A stretch of DNA of 64,000 nt from Polyangiales bacterium. GTDB lineage: Bacteria > Myxococcota_A > Polyangia > Polyangiales > Ga0077539. Below the pieces are notes generated by a model, which was given only the letters and a program-made list of their open reading frames with translations, had not been told where the DNA came from and made no database searches. Position numbers and translations under genes: made by a program. Shown here piece after piece: positions 40,332 through 49,292 of this stretch. The stretch covers positions 416,001 to 480,000 of the forward strand of contig JBGARZ010000003.1 in the NCBI GenBank assembly GCA_044229975.1, read 5' to 3'. Each line of letters starts with the position of its first letter. Within the stretch, counting starts at the first letter, position 1.

Positions 40332-42521
40332 ATGATCGACGTATTCGAACTCGCCCGATACGGCCACGCGCTGCCCGCCCCGGCGCAGGCTCAGCGCCCC
40401 TTCGACCAGACCCTCGGAACCCTCGCGAAGGCGCTGGGCGCCTGGTTCCAGGACGCCTCCGGACGCATCGCCGAGGCGCGCAACGGCGCGGCCGAAGACC
40501 AGGCCGTCATCGCCCGCGAGTGGGACGAGTTCGAGCGGCGGGCGCGCGACGCCCTCAAGCGCTTCGCCGAGAGCGTCGAGCGGCAGCCCACCGCGGCCAC
40601 CATGGGCAAGGTCAACGCCGGCAAGACCCTGATGCTCTCGCGCTGGTACGGCGACCTCGAAGAGCTGCGCGAGCTCCCCGTCGGCGACGCCGACACCACG
40701 GGCTGCCTCACCCGGCTCACCCGCAAGGGCGGCGCGAAGCTCGACGGCGCCATCCGGGTAAAGACCCTGGACAACGCCAGCTTCGAGCGCGAACCCAAGG
40801 CCGCGGAGGAGGCTGCGGCCCTCGATGAGTTTCCTTCCAACCTCTACGTGAGCTTCGAGCCCGGCAACCGCGACGAGTTCGCGCGGGCGCTGCGGGTCTG
40901 CCGCTTTCCGACGGCCGACGACGCGAGCTACGAGCTCGAAGAGGTCCGGCGCGGGGAGTTTCACGTCACGCGGCTCAAGACGGGCGAGTACCGGCTGCGC
41001 TCGCTCCAGCTCCGCGCGAGCGAGGTGACGCTCCGGGTGCGCCCGCTGGCCGAGACCCGCGCGTCGCGCATCTTCGAGGTGCTCGACCTCGTCGACTGCC
41101 CCGGCGCCGATCCGCAGATCGAGGCCGACGCCGCCCGCCACCTCAAGGCCGCCAAGAACCACCTCGTCTTCCTCCAGGCCGTCAACGACCTCGACCTGCT
41201 CATCCTCGTCTGCTCCTCGCAGCCGAGCGCCATCCGCCCCGGAACGCAGCTCCTGCGCGGCCCGTGGCGCCATTGGGTCGAGCGCTGCGAAGGGCAGATG
41301 CGGGGGCGCGTGGTGCTCGGTCTCACCTACGCGGGCGAGGCCATGAAGCAGTGCGCCGAGCGCCTCCGTGAGCTCGATCGCCCCGAGCACGAGCGCCAGC
41401 TCAACACCCTCCAGTCGCTGCCGCAGTCGGTGTTCGGGTCGGTCATCCAACCCCTGCGGGGGGCGCTGGATGGAGCGCTCGCGGGCGCCCTCGACCCCAA
41501 CGACATCACCGCGTGGCCGCCCTTCGTGCTGCTCGAAAACCGCGGCGTCGACCCCGACCTGGAGATCGACCCCGCGCAGATCGCCGAGGCCCGCGCCGCC
41601 GTCGTCGCCCACGTCGACGAGGCGTCCATGCCCGCCGAGACGCCCTTCGCGTGGCGCGTGGTGCACCTCTTCGCGCGGAGCTGGATCGACGACGTCGCCC
41701 GCGTTCGCGCCGCCGACCCGGAGGCCCGCAAGCGCTTCCTGGCGTGGATGGTCGACGTCGCCCTCGCCGTCGTGAACCGCGACGACCGCGGCCACGAGCT
41801 GCTCACGCGGTTGATGCTCTACCTCGGTCACCGCGGCGAGCTGCGACGCGCCCGCTGCGCCGAGCTCGTCACCCTCGCCGAGCGCGCCCGCGACGCGATG
41901 ATCGACCTGCACGAGCGCATCACCCGCGAGCCCCGCGCCGACCAGTCGGCCCTCGACGCGATGGACCAGCTCGTCGCGCGCCTGCGCGAACTGCTCCCAC
42001 GCGAGGGCGTGGCGATTCCGTTTCCCGCGGCGCTGCGGCAGCGCGCGCTCAAGCACCACGACGCCCCTCCCCTCACCTGGGACCTGCTCGTCGCCGAGTG
42101 CATCCGTGCGGCGTGCGGCGCCGTGCAGACGACCGCCCGCGCGCCCGACCTCGCCCTGGAGCTGCGCCCCGTCCTCGAACGCATGCTCGACGCCGACGTC
42201 GCCGCCCGCGCCCTGCGCGCCGACGAGGAGCGCTACCTGGGCGACGAACCCGCCAACGCCGTTCATTGCGCGCACTTCCTCCTGGCGCGGCTCGCGGCCT
42301 CCATCGACTGGTTGCTGCACGCCTCGACCGAGGCACGCGGGGAGTACGCGGCGCGCACGCTGGGCGTCGACCCGCGGCGCACGGAGGTCTATCGAAGACT
42401 GCGGAGGGTGGTGGGCGACCTGCTGGCGCCCGAGGAGGTCGACCCGCTGCTGGCGACCGCGCGCACGCAGCTCGACGCGCTGCTGGCCGAGCTCTCGACC
42501 CCGGAGGCGCCCTCATGCTGA
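40332..42521 (+). CDS. Large P-loop GTPase (dynamin-like/SrfC-like) with helical C-terminus
   Basis: G1 GKVNAGKT, G2 DTT, G3 LVDCPG; 729 aa. Confidence 0.7.
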   Translation: MIDVFELARYGHALPAPAQAQRPFDQTLGTLAKALGAWFQDASGRIAEARNGAAEDQAVIAREWDEFERRARDALKRFAESVERQPTAATMGKVNAGKTLMLSRWYGDLEELRELPVGDADTTGCLTRLTRKGGAKLDGAIRVKTLDNASFEREPKAAEEAAALDEFPSNLYVSFEPGNRDEFARALRVCRFPTADDASYELEEVRRGEFHVTRLKTGEYRLRSLQLRASEVTLRVRPLAETRASRIFEVLDLVDCPGADPQIEADAARHLKAAKNHLVFLQAVNDLDLLILVCSSQPSAIRPGTQLLRGPWRHWVERCEGQMRGRVVLGLTYAGEAMKQCAERLRELDRPEHERQLNTLQSLPQSVFGSVIQPLRGALDGALAGALDPNDITAWPPFVLLENRGVDPDLEIDPAQIAEARAAVVAHVDEASMPAETPFAWRVVHLFARSWIDDVARVRAADPEARKRFLAWMVDVALAVVNRDDRGHELLTRLMLYLGHRGELRRARCAELVTLAERARDAMIDLHERITREPRADQSALDAMDQLVARLRELLPREGVAIPFPAALRQRALKHHDAPPLTWDLLVAECIRAACGAVQTTARAPDLALELRPVLERMLDADVAARALRADEERYLGDEPANAVHCAHFLLARLAASIDWLLHASTEARGEYAARTLGVDPRRTEVYRRLRRVVGDLLAPEEVDPLLATARTQLDALLAELSTPEAPSC

Positions 42522-45358
42522 TTGATCACGGAGTGCTGCGGCTGCGCGCGGGCCTCGACCCGGCGCTCATCACCGTTCCCCTCGGGGCTTCCTCGCGACG
42601 CGGAACCTTCGCGCGCGACGGCGACCTCGCGAAGTTCACCCTCTACGCCAGGACCTTCCCCACGGAGGAGAACACCGGCGAGTGGCTGCGCGTCGAGGCC
42701 GACGAGCTCCACTGGATCTCCGGCACCGCCCTCGCCCACGCGCTCGGTCGCACCGACGCGCGCGGCAGCGCCACCGTCGCCGCGCACGACCGCCCGGCCC
42801 TCGCCCGCCTCCACGTCGCGGTGCGCGTCTACAAAAACGCCTCCAACTTCGAGCTCGCCCTCACCCTCGCCTGGAACCCCCTCAACGAGCGCACCGCCCT
42901 CATCGTCGGCACCGCCTCGGCCGCCGAGCGCGCGATGCGCCGCCTGGGTCAGCGCTCGTCGGTGGAGGAGGCCATCGTGCTCGACCCGCACCGCCTCGTG
43001 CTCGCGCCCGAAGCGTACGAGAGCGCCTCGCCGCCGTGGGACAACGTCCTCGGCAAGAGCTCGGCGCGGCTCGCCATCACGCCGTCGCCCGACGCGCCGC
43101 TGGTGATCGTCGCCGAGCGTCCGGCGCGTCGTGAGGGAGAGACCGGCGCCACCGTCGCCATCGACTTCGGAACGCACGAGACCTCCGTGGTGACCCAGCG
43201 CGAAGGACAGCGCGACGTCACCGTGGCGGGCGGCCTCGCGCCGTGGTCGTTTCACTGCGTGTCGGTGTCGCTGCAAGGCGCCGCGTGGCACGCCGAGCTG
43301 GTCGCCCCGCCACGATCGTTCGAGGACCGTACGACCCTGGGCAACCCGGTCATGCCGCGTCCGCTCGCCGAGCGGTGGAGCGTCATGGCGAGGCGCGACG
43401 CCGTTCGCAACCGCGAGGACTCAGGCATTCCCAGCGTGCTCATCCCGCGACGTGCGGTGCCCGACGGCATCGACGGTCACCCCTTCGACGAGCGACGCGA
43501 TCCCATCCTCGGGCACCGCGCGCTGCGCCTCGTCCGCAAGGCCATCGAGCGCGGCCCCGACCCCGAGCCCGCCGCACGCGAAGCCGACGCCGAAGTGGAG
43601 GAGAACGTCGACGTGAGCGTCGAGGTCGACGCGCTGGAGCCCGCCCCGAAGCTCCAGATCGCTCGCAACCGCGCGCTCACCGACGAGTTTCTACGCGGCC
43701 TCTTCGACGAGCTCGCCGCGCGCGAGATCGTCAAACCGCTCGACGGCGGCCTCGGCTCCGTCGGTCCCATCCTGCTCAGCTACCCGGTAGCCTTCCTCAA
43801 GGACGACCGCGACCGCCTCGAAGCCGCCGCCCGCGAAGCCCTCGCGGGGAGCGCCCTGCGCGGCCTCTGCGCCGAGCCACCCGACCAGCCGCTCACCTTC
43901 CTCGACGAGGCCACCGCCGCGTCGCTCGGCGCGCTCTATCACCGCTTCGGCTCGCTCTCCCTCGACCGACTGCTCGACGCGTTTCAGCCCTTCGCCGTCG
44001 AAGGAACCGCCCCCGCTCCTCGCGCCGTGCGCGCGCTCACCTTCGACTGCGGCGGCGGAACCACCGACCTCGTGCTTCTCCGCCTCCGCGAAGACGGCGA
44101 CCGCATCGTGTCGGAGATCGAGGACTTCTACGGCCTGCCCTTCGCGGGCGTGGAGATCACCCGGCGCCTGGCCCGCGAGCTGAAGCGGCGCCTCCGACCT
44201 TCTCTGCCGCCCGACCAGCAGGAGAAGCTCCGCACCCGCTTCGCACGCGACGACGACCCGCCCGGCACCGCGCGCTCCGAGGCCGACCGCCTCCGTCACA
44301 AGCGAACGCTGGGCTTCTTCTACTTCGGCGAGGCGCTGAAGATGGCGCTCGCGGCGACGCCGCCCACCGAGCCGAAGGCGCTGCGCGCGGCGATGGCCGT
44401 GCGGGCGCAGCAGTTTCTCCCGGAGCTCGACGTGACGCGCGTGCTCGACGCGCTGCCCGATCGCGCGTGGCTGGAGGAGTGCGCCGCGACGGTGCTCGCC
44501 CCGGCGCTGGAGACCGCCGAGCGCTGGCTCTCGCGCGAGGACGCTCCGGTGCAGGTGGTGCTGGCGAGCGGTCGATCGAGCCAGCTCCCCGGCGTCGGTG
44601 AGCGCTTGCGACTGGCGTGCGCCCGCGCGCCTCGCCCGGTGCTGGCGCAGCACTTCCTGTCGCCGCGGGAGTTCGCGTCGGCCGACCTCGGCTTCGGCGT
44701 GCTCGACCTCCACGCCGCCCGCAGTGGCAAGCCCCGCGCGGACCTCTCCAAGCTCGGCGTCGCCCTCGGCCTCGCGCACGGCTACGTGCTCACCACCAAG
44801 ACCGGCGAGGGCCGACGGCTCGTGGTCGAGCCCGCCGACGAGCACAAGCGAACGCGCTTCGTGGGCATCCTCCGGCAGGAGGGTCGCGGGGTGCAGTTCG
44901 TGATGCCCGAAGACCGGCTCGTGGTGCGCGCCGACAACAAGCCCGTACAGCTCGACGAGATCGTCTGGATCGATGAGCAGCCCTTCGCCATGCGAGCCGT
45001 GCTCGGCCAGAACTTCCGCGGCCCGCCGAAGCCTGGCGCCGTGGGCAGCGTCGACCCGCCGATCCCCTTCGCGCAGGTGCGCTTCACGCCGGCGTCCATC
45101 CCCGAGCGCGAGCGCCTCGGCATCCGCAAGGTGCAGGTGGGCTTCGCGCAGCGCTCGTCGAGCGAGGTGGTGATGGTGGGCCTGCGCGTCGAGCGGGCCG
45201 ACGCCACGGAGACGGCGCTGTTGCCGCCCGATCACCCCATCGGTGCGCCGGTGTCGCTCACCGCGGGTGGACTCACGGCGCACTTCGAGACACGGCGATT
45301 GGAGTTCGACTTCCGTCGCAACGGCGCCATCGACCCCGAGGACCTCGATCGTGAGTGA
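42515..45358 (+). CDS. Divergent Hsp70/actin-fold ATPase (SrfB-like)
   Basis: RBS GGAGG, ATG overlapping the upstream gene; IDFGT, IPSVL, LSYP, DEATAA, DCGGGTTDL, GEALK, ASGRSSQLP. Confidence 0.78.
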   Translation: MLIDHGVLRLRAGLDPALITVPLGASSRRGTFARDGDLAKFTLYARTFPTEENTGEWLRVEADELHWISGTALAHALGRTDARGSATVAAHDRPALARLHVAVRVYKNASNFELALTLAWNPLNERTALIVGTASAAERAMRRLGQRSSVEEAIVLDPHRLVLAPEAYESASPPWDNVLGKSSARLAITPSPDAPLVIVAERPARREGETGATVAIDFGTHETSVVTQREGQRDVTVAGGLAPWSFHCVSVSLQGAAWHAELVAPPRSFEDRTTLGNPVMPRPLAERWSVMARRDAVRNREDSGIPSVLIPRRAVPDGIDGHPFDERRDPILGHRALRLVRKAIERGPDPEPAAREADAEVEENVDVSVEVDALEPAPKLQIARNRALTDEFLRGLFDELAAREIVKPLDGGLGSVGPILLSYPVAFLKDDRDRLEAAAREALAGSALRGLCAEPPDQPLTFLDEATAASLGALYHRFGSLSLDRLLDAFQPFAVEGTAPAPRAVRALTFDCGGGTTDLVLLRLREDGDRIVSEIEDFYGLPFAGVEITRRLARELKRRLRPSLPPDQQEKLRTRFARDDDPPGTARSEADRLRHKRTLGFFYFGEALKMALAATPPTEPKALRAAMAVRAQQFLPELDVTRVLDALPDRAWLEECAATVLAPALETAERWLSREDAPVQVVLASGRSSQLPGVGERLRLACARAPRPVLAQHFLSPREFASADLGFGVLDLHAARSGKPRADLSKLGVALGLAHGYVLTTKTGEGRRLVVEPADEHKRTRFVGILRQEGRGVQFVMPEDRLVVRADNKPVQLDEIVWIDEQPFAMRAVLGQNFRGPPKPGAVGSVDPPIPFAQVRFTPASIPERERLGIRKVQVGFAQRSSSEVVMVGLRVERADATETALLPPDHPIGAPVSLTAGGLTAHFETRRLEFDFRRNGAIDPEDLDRE

Positions 45359-45367
45359 CCCCGCACC

Positions 45368-46207
45368 ATGGACCTCCTGCGCGTTTGGAGACGACTCATG
45401 GCCTGGCTGCGCCGTCGCCCGGCGGTCCCTCAGCTTCCCACCGCGACCGCGGACCCTCTCCCCGAAGCGGGAACCCTCGCCTTCATCGGCCTCGACCCGG
45501 GCGGTGATCCGATGAGCGACCTCAAGGACTTCGGCTGGATCAAGCACCTGCAGGCGGAGGTTCCGTACCCGCAGCCTTCGTATGGTCGGGTGGAGCCGCC
45601 GTCGACGCCCGCCGAGCTGCGCGAGCGGCTCGCCGAGTGCCACCGCGCGTTGAGTGAGGCGGTGACCCTGGCCGCGTCGCGCGAGCGCCCGACCGACGAC
45701 GACGGCGAGCCCGAGTGGTTCGTGGTGCTGGCCGACCAGCTTGTTCCGTTGATGTGCTGGTACGTCGGGTTGGGATTGCCACCGACGGCCGTCGCGATTC
45801 CGCAGGGCCTCATCGACCTCGTGCAGCGCGTGAAGAAGCTCCCGCTCAACCTCTTCGAGGGTCGCGTCGGCGACAGCATCGAGAACTTCCGCGAGCAGCT
45901 CGAACGCTCGAAATCCCGCCACGCCGAGATGCAGGCGGCCAACCTCGCCATCTGGCGCGTGCAGCTCGAAGCGGTGCTCGCCCCGCTCGTCGACCGCGAG
46001 CGCGGGAGCGTCACCGTGAGCTTCGACTTTCCTCCGTTGGGCGCGCGCATCGCTGACCTCGTCCCGCCGCCGAGCCCCGGCTCACCCACGCACGGCAACG
46101 TCTCGCGGGTGCTCGTCCCCGCGCTCTCGGTCACGCTGCAATCGCCGCTCGCGGGCGTCACCTCGGCCGACCCCTCGCAGCTCTCGCGCGGCGCCCACCT
46201 GCAATGA
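45368..46207 (+). CDS. Hypothetical protein (coiled-coil, beta-rich C-terminus)
   Basis: Starts 10 bp after the ATPase gene; stop overlaps the next ATG; plausible codon usage. Confidence 0.65.
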   Translation: MDLLRVWRRLMAWLRRRPAVPQLPTATADPLPEAGTLAFIGLDPGGDPMSDLKDFGWIKHLQAEVPYPQPSYGRVEPPSTPAELRERLAECHRALSEAVTLAASRERPTDDDGEPEWFVVLADQLVPLMCWYVGLGLPPTAVAIPQGLIDLVQRVKKLPLNLFEGRVGDSIENFREQLERSKSRHAEMQAANLAIWRVQLEAVLAPLVDRERGSVTVSFDFPPLGARIADLVPPPSPGSPTHGNVSRVLVPALSVTLQSPLAGVTSADPSQLSRGAHLQ

Positions 46208-46992
46208 CCCGCTCGCTCCTCCTGGTCTGCGCGCTCGCGGTCGCCTGCCGACCCGTCAACGACCCGCCGCCGTCGCCGCCTCGCGCGACCGTTGCTCCGC
46301 CCCTCACTCCACCCGTTGCCCCGAGCGTCGCCGTGCAGCCGGTCGTGTCCCGCTCCCTCGCCCCGATGCCGTCGCTCGGCCCGTCGTCGGGGCGCGCGCC
46401 CACGTCGGTCTTCGTCCTCATGCACGGCTTCGGCGCCAACAGCGCCGACCTGCGGCCCATCGCGCAACGCCTGTCGCAGTCGTTGCCCGACACGGTGTTC
46501 CTGCTGCCCGACGGCTTCGAGCCGGTGCCCGGATCACCCGACGGGCGGCAGTGGTTTCCCTTCGCCGGAGCCGACGACCGCGCTCGCCTCGCGGGCGTCC
46601 GTCAGGCGTCGACGCAGCTCGTCGCGTGGATCGACGATGAGCTGCGCGCCCGTCACCTCAGCCGCGATCGCCTCGCGGTCGGTGGCTTCTCGCAGGGCGC
46701 CATGATGGCCCTCGACCTCAGCCTCCACATGAGCCCCGCACCCGCTGGTGTCGTCTCGCTCTCCGGCCGCCTCGTCGACGACGCCAACCCCTCCGCCGCG
46801 CCCGCCCCCGTGCTCGTCGTCCACGGAACCAGCGACGCCCGCATCGACGTCTCCTCGGCGCGCCACGCCATCACCCGCCTCGGCGAGCTCCACGTCCGCG
46901 TGGAGTCGCTCATCCAGCCCGGCGTCGGGCACACCATCACGCCGGAGGGCATCGCAGCGGCCGAGCGTTTCCTCCACGGGCTGTGGCCGTGA
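46204..46992 (+). CDS. Phospholipase/carboxylesterase lipoprotein
   Basis: Lipobox LAVAC, MHGFG, GFSQG, HGTSD, GVGH. Confidence 0.88.
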   Translation: MTRSLLLVCALAVACRPVNDPPPSPPRATVAPPLTPPVAPSVAVQPVVSRSLAPMPSLGPSSGRAPTSVFVLMHGFGANSADLRPIAQRLSQSLPDTVFLLPDGFEPVPGSPDGRQWFPFAGADDRARLAGVRQASTQLVAWIDDELRARHLSRDRLAVGGFSQGAMMALDLSLHMSPAPAGVVSLSGRLVDDANPSAAPAPVLVVHGTSDARIDVSSARHAITRLGELHVRVESLIQPGVGHTITPEGIAAAERFLHGLWP

Positions 46993-47576
46993 GCGACGAC
47001 CGGACGCCCGACGAGCACCTCGTGGTGCTCACCACCGAGCGGCTCCTGCTGTCGATCATGCCGGCCTCCCACGCGGAGCAGTTCCTCACCTACTCGCAGC
47101 GCAACCACGAGCACCACGCCCCGTGGGCACCCCCGCCGCGCGACCCGGTGGAGACCGTGGAGACGGTGCGTCGGCGCCTCGACGAGAGCCGCCGCGACGC
47201 GATCGCGGGCACCGCATTCCGCTGGCGCCTGCGATGGCGCGACGACCCCGATGGACCGGTCGTGGGCAACGTCTCGCTCACCCGCATCGAGCGTGGCCCG
47301 ATGGAGCGCGCGGGCCTGGGCTTCGCGCTCGACGTCGATCAGCAGGGCAAGGGGCTGGTGGTGGAGGCCGTCGAGGCGGTCATCGACCACGCCGCCAACG
47401 TCCTCAAGCTGCGCTTCCTCGAAGCGGGTCACGCGCCGCAGAACCTCCGCAGCGCTGCCACGCTCCGACGCATCGGCTTCGTCCCCTACGGCTACGCGCG
47501 CGACTACCTGCACGTCGGCGGCCGCGTGCAGGACCATGTGCTGTTGCAGTACGACCTCCGCCCGCGCCGTCGGTAG
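46989..47576 (+). CDS. RimJ/RimL-type GNAT N-acetyltransferase
   Basis: TERLLL, LGF..QGKG, N.RS...L.RIGF..G.ARDYL. Confidence 0.88.
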   Translation: MSDDRTPDEHLVVLTTERLLLSIMPASHAEQFLTYSQRNHEHHAPWAPPPRDPVETVETVRRRLDESRRDAIAGTAFRWRLRWRDDPDGPVVGNVSLTRIERGPMERAGLGFALDVDQQGKGLVVEAVEAVIDHAANVLKLRFLEAGHAPQNLRSAATLRRIGFVPYGYARDYLHVGGRVQDHVLLQYDLRPRRR

Positions 47577-47587
47577 ACTGCCTCGTC

Positions 47588-48439
47588 GTGATCACCCAGG
47601 TACAAGCGGGCCCGTACACCGTCCGGGGCGTTTCGGTCGGCGGCGTCTACACGACGCTGCACGTGCCCGAGCTCGACGTCGTGCTCGACGCGGGGCTGTC
47701 GCTCCGGTCGTTTGCCACGGTGGGCCGCTTCTTCCTGAGCCACGGGCACCTCGATCACATCGCCGGCCTCGCGGGCCTGCTCAACATCCGCGGCCTCATG
47801 GGCGCCGGTCGCGCGACGATCCACCTGCCCGCCGAGATCGAAGCGCCCGTGCGCGACCTGCTGCGCGCGCACGCCCCGCTGTCTCGCGCTGAGTTCGCGG
47901 TCGATCTGGTGCCCATGCTCCCGGGCGACGAGCGGTCTCTCGGGCACGGGCTCTTCGTGCGCGCTCTCCGCACGCACCACCCGGTTCCATCGCTCGGGTA
48001 TCAGTTCATCCGGCGGGTCTCGAAGCTCCTGCCCGAACACCAGGGCAAAGCCTCCGAGGAGATCGCCCGGCTTCGCAAGGCGGGCACCGCGGGTGTGTTC
48101 GAACAGCGGGAGAGCCTCGAACTGGCCTACGCCACGGACACGCTCTCGCGCGTACTGGAGACCGAACCATCGCTGCTGGAGAGCCGCGTGCTGGTGATCG
48201 AGTGCACCTTCGTCGACGCCGATCGCAGCGTCGAAGAGGCCCGCCGCAAGCACCACCTCCACCTCGACGAGCTCATCGCGCTCGCGCCGCACTTTCGCAA
48301 CGAGGCCATCGTGCTGATGCACTTCGGCCAGGCCGCGTCGCCCGCGCGGGTGCGCGATGTGTTGCAGCAACGCCTGCCGCCGGGCCTGCGCGAGCGCGTC
48401 GTGGTCTTCGCCCCGGAGGGCGACCGCTGGTTCGGGTGA
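47588..48439 (+). CDS. Metallo-beta-lactamase-fold nuclease (RNase Z-like)
   Basis: LDAG, SHGHLDH, H.VPSLGY, YATDT, IECTF, HLH, LMHF. Confidence 0.85.
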   Translation: MITQVQAGPYTVRGVSVGGVYTTLHVPELDVVLDAGLSLRSFATVGRFFLSHGHLDHIAGLAGLLNIRGLMGAGRATIHLPAEIEAPVRDLLRAHAPLSRAEFAVDLVPMLPGDERSLGHGLFVRALRTHHPVPSLGYQFIRRVSKLLPEHQGKASEEIARLRKAGTAGVFEQRESLELAYATDTLSRVLETEPSLLESRVLVIECTFVDADRSVEEARRKHHLHLDELIALAPHFRNEAIVLMHFGQAASPARVRDVLQQRLPPGLRERVVVFAPEGDRWFG

Positions 48440-48443
48440 AGGG

Positions 48444-49292
48444 TCACTCCTCGCGATGCACCGCGGGCAGCCGTCCACCCAACCACACGAACCACTTCAT
48501 CCGCGCGTGCACCCGGCCGAGCACCGCGAGGTGTCTCACCACCAGCAGCGTCAGCACCGCCGCGGGCGCCGAACGCCACTCCAGCACGCCCGCGACGAGC
48601 GCCGCCGCACCGACCCACGACCACCCGAGCAGCCCGAAGAGCCCTCCCGCCGCCACCGTCGCGAGGGGCTCGCGCACCATCTGCAACGCCGCCGCGCCCG
48701 ACGCCTGGAGGGCGGTCTTCCCTCGCGCCATCGCGTAGACGCGCGCCACGTCGTGCCAGACCGAGAGCAGCGCCGCGAGCAACGCCACCACGCCGTAGCC
48801 GACGAGGCCCAGCAGCGTGACCGATCGCACGTCGTAGCGGTGCAGCGCCGCGCGCCCCGCCGAGGTCGCCGCCGCGTACCCGGCCACGCCCGACAGCGCG
48901 AGCCCGAGGACCATGATGGCCCCGAGGCCCAGCAGCGTCGGCGCCCTGCGCAACGACTCCGCCGCCGCGCGATGCCAGCGCACGCCGGCGCTCGCTCCGA
49001 GCACGGGAAACATCCCCCCGAGCAGCGTCCACACCGCCGCGTACGCGAGCACCACCACGACGACGACCGCGCCCGCTCCCTCCAGCGCGCGACCCTGCGT
49101 GGCGATGAGCTCACCCAGCAGCCGACCGCCCTGCGCGTCGATCGCAAACGCGCCCCGCGGGTGGTGCGACAGCGCCGACGTGAGCGGCAGCGACGCGGCG
49201 AGCCCCAACAGCCACGCGAGCGCGACCTCGACGAGCGTCACGCCCACGACCGCGCCCCAGCGACCGCCCGTGGAGAGCCAGCGACCGATCAT
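48444..49292 (-). CDS. Hypothetical multi-pass membrane protein
   Basis: Several hydrophobic helices; ATGA overlap with the peptidase gene. Confidence 0.7.
   Translation of the reverse strand: MIGRWLSTGGRWGAVVGVTLVEVALAWLLGLAASLPLTSALSHHPRGAFAIDAQGGRLLGELIATQGRALEGAGAVVVVVVLAYAAVWTLLGGMFPVLGASAGVRWHRAAAESLRRAPTLLGLGAIMVLGLALSGVAGYAAATSAGRAALHRYDVRSVTLLGLVGYGVVALLAALLSVWHDVARVYAMARGKTALQASGAAALQMVREPLATVAAGGLFGLLGWSWVGAAALVAGVLEWRSAPAAVLTLLVVRHLAVLGRVHARMKWFVWLGGRLPAVHREE

Noticed and set aside
39198..42514. Apparent 1107-aa and 1281-aa proteins in the ORF track
   Set aside because: The N-terminal extensions overlap real upstream genes; better starts are ATG 40332 and ATG 42515
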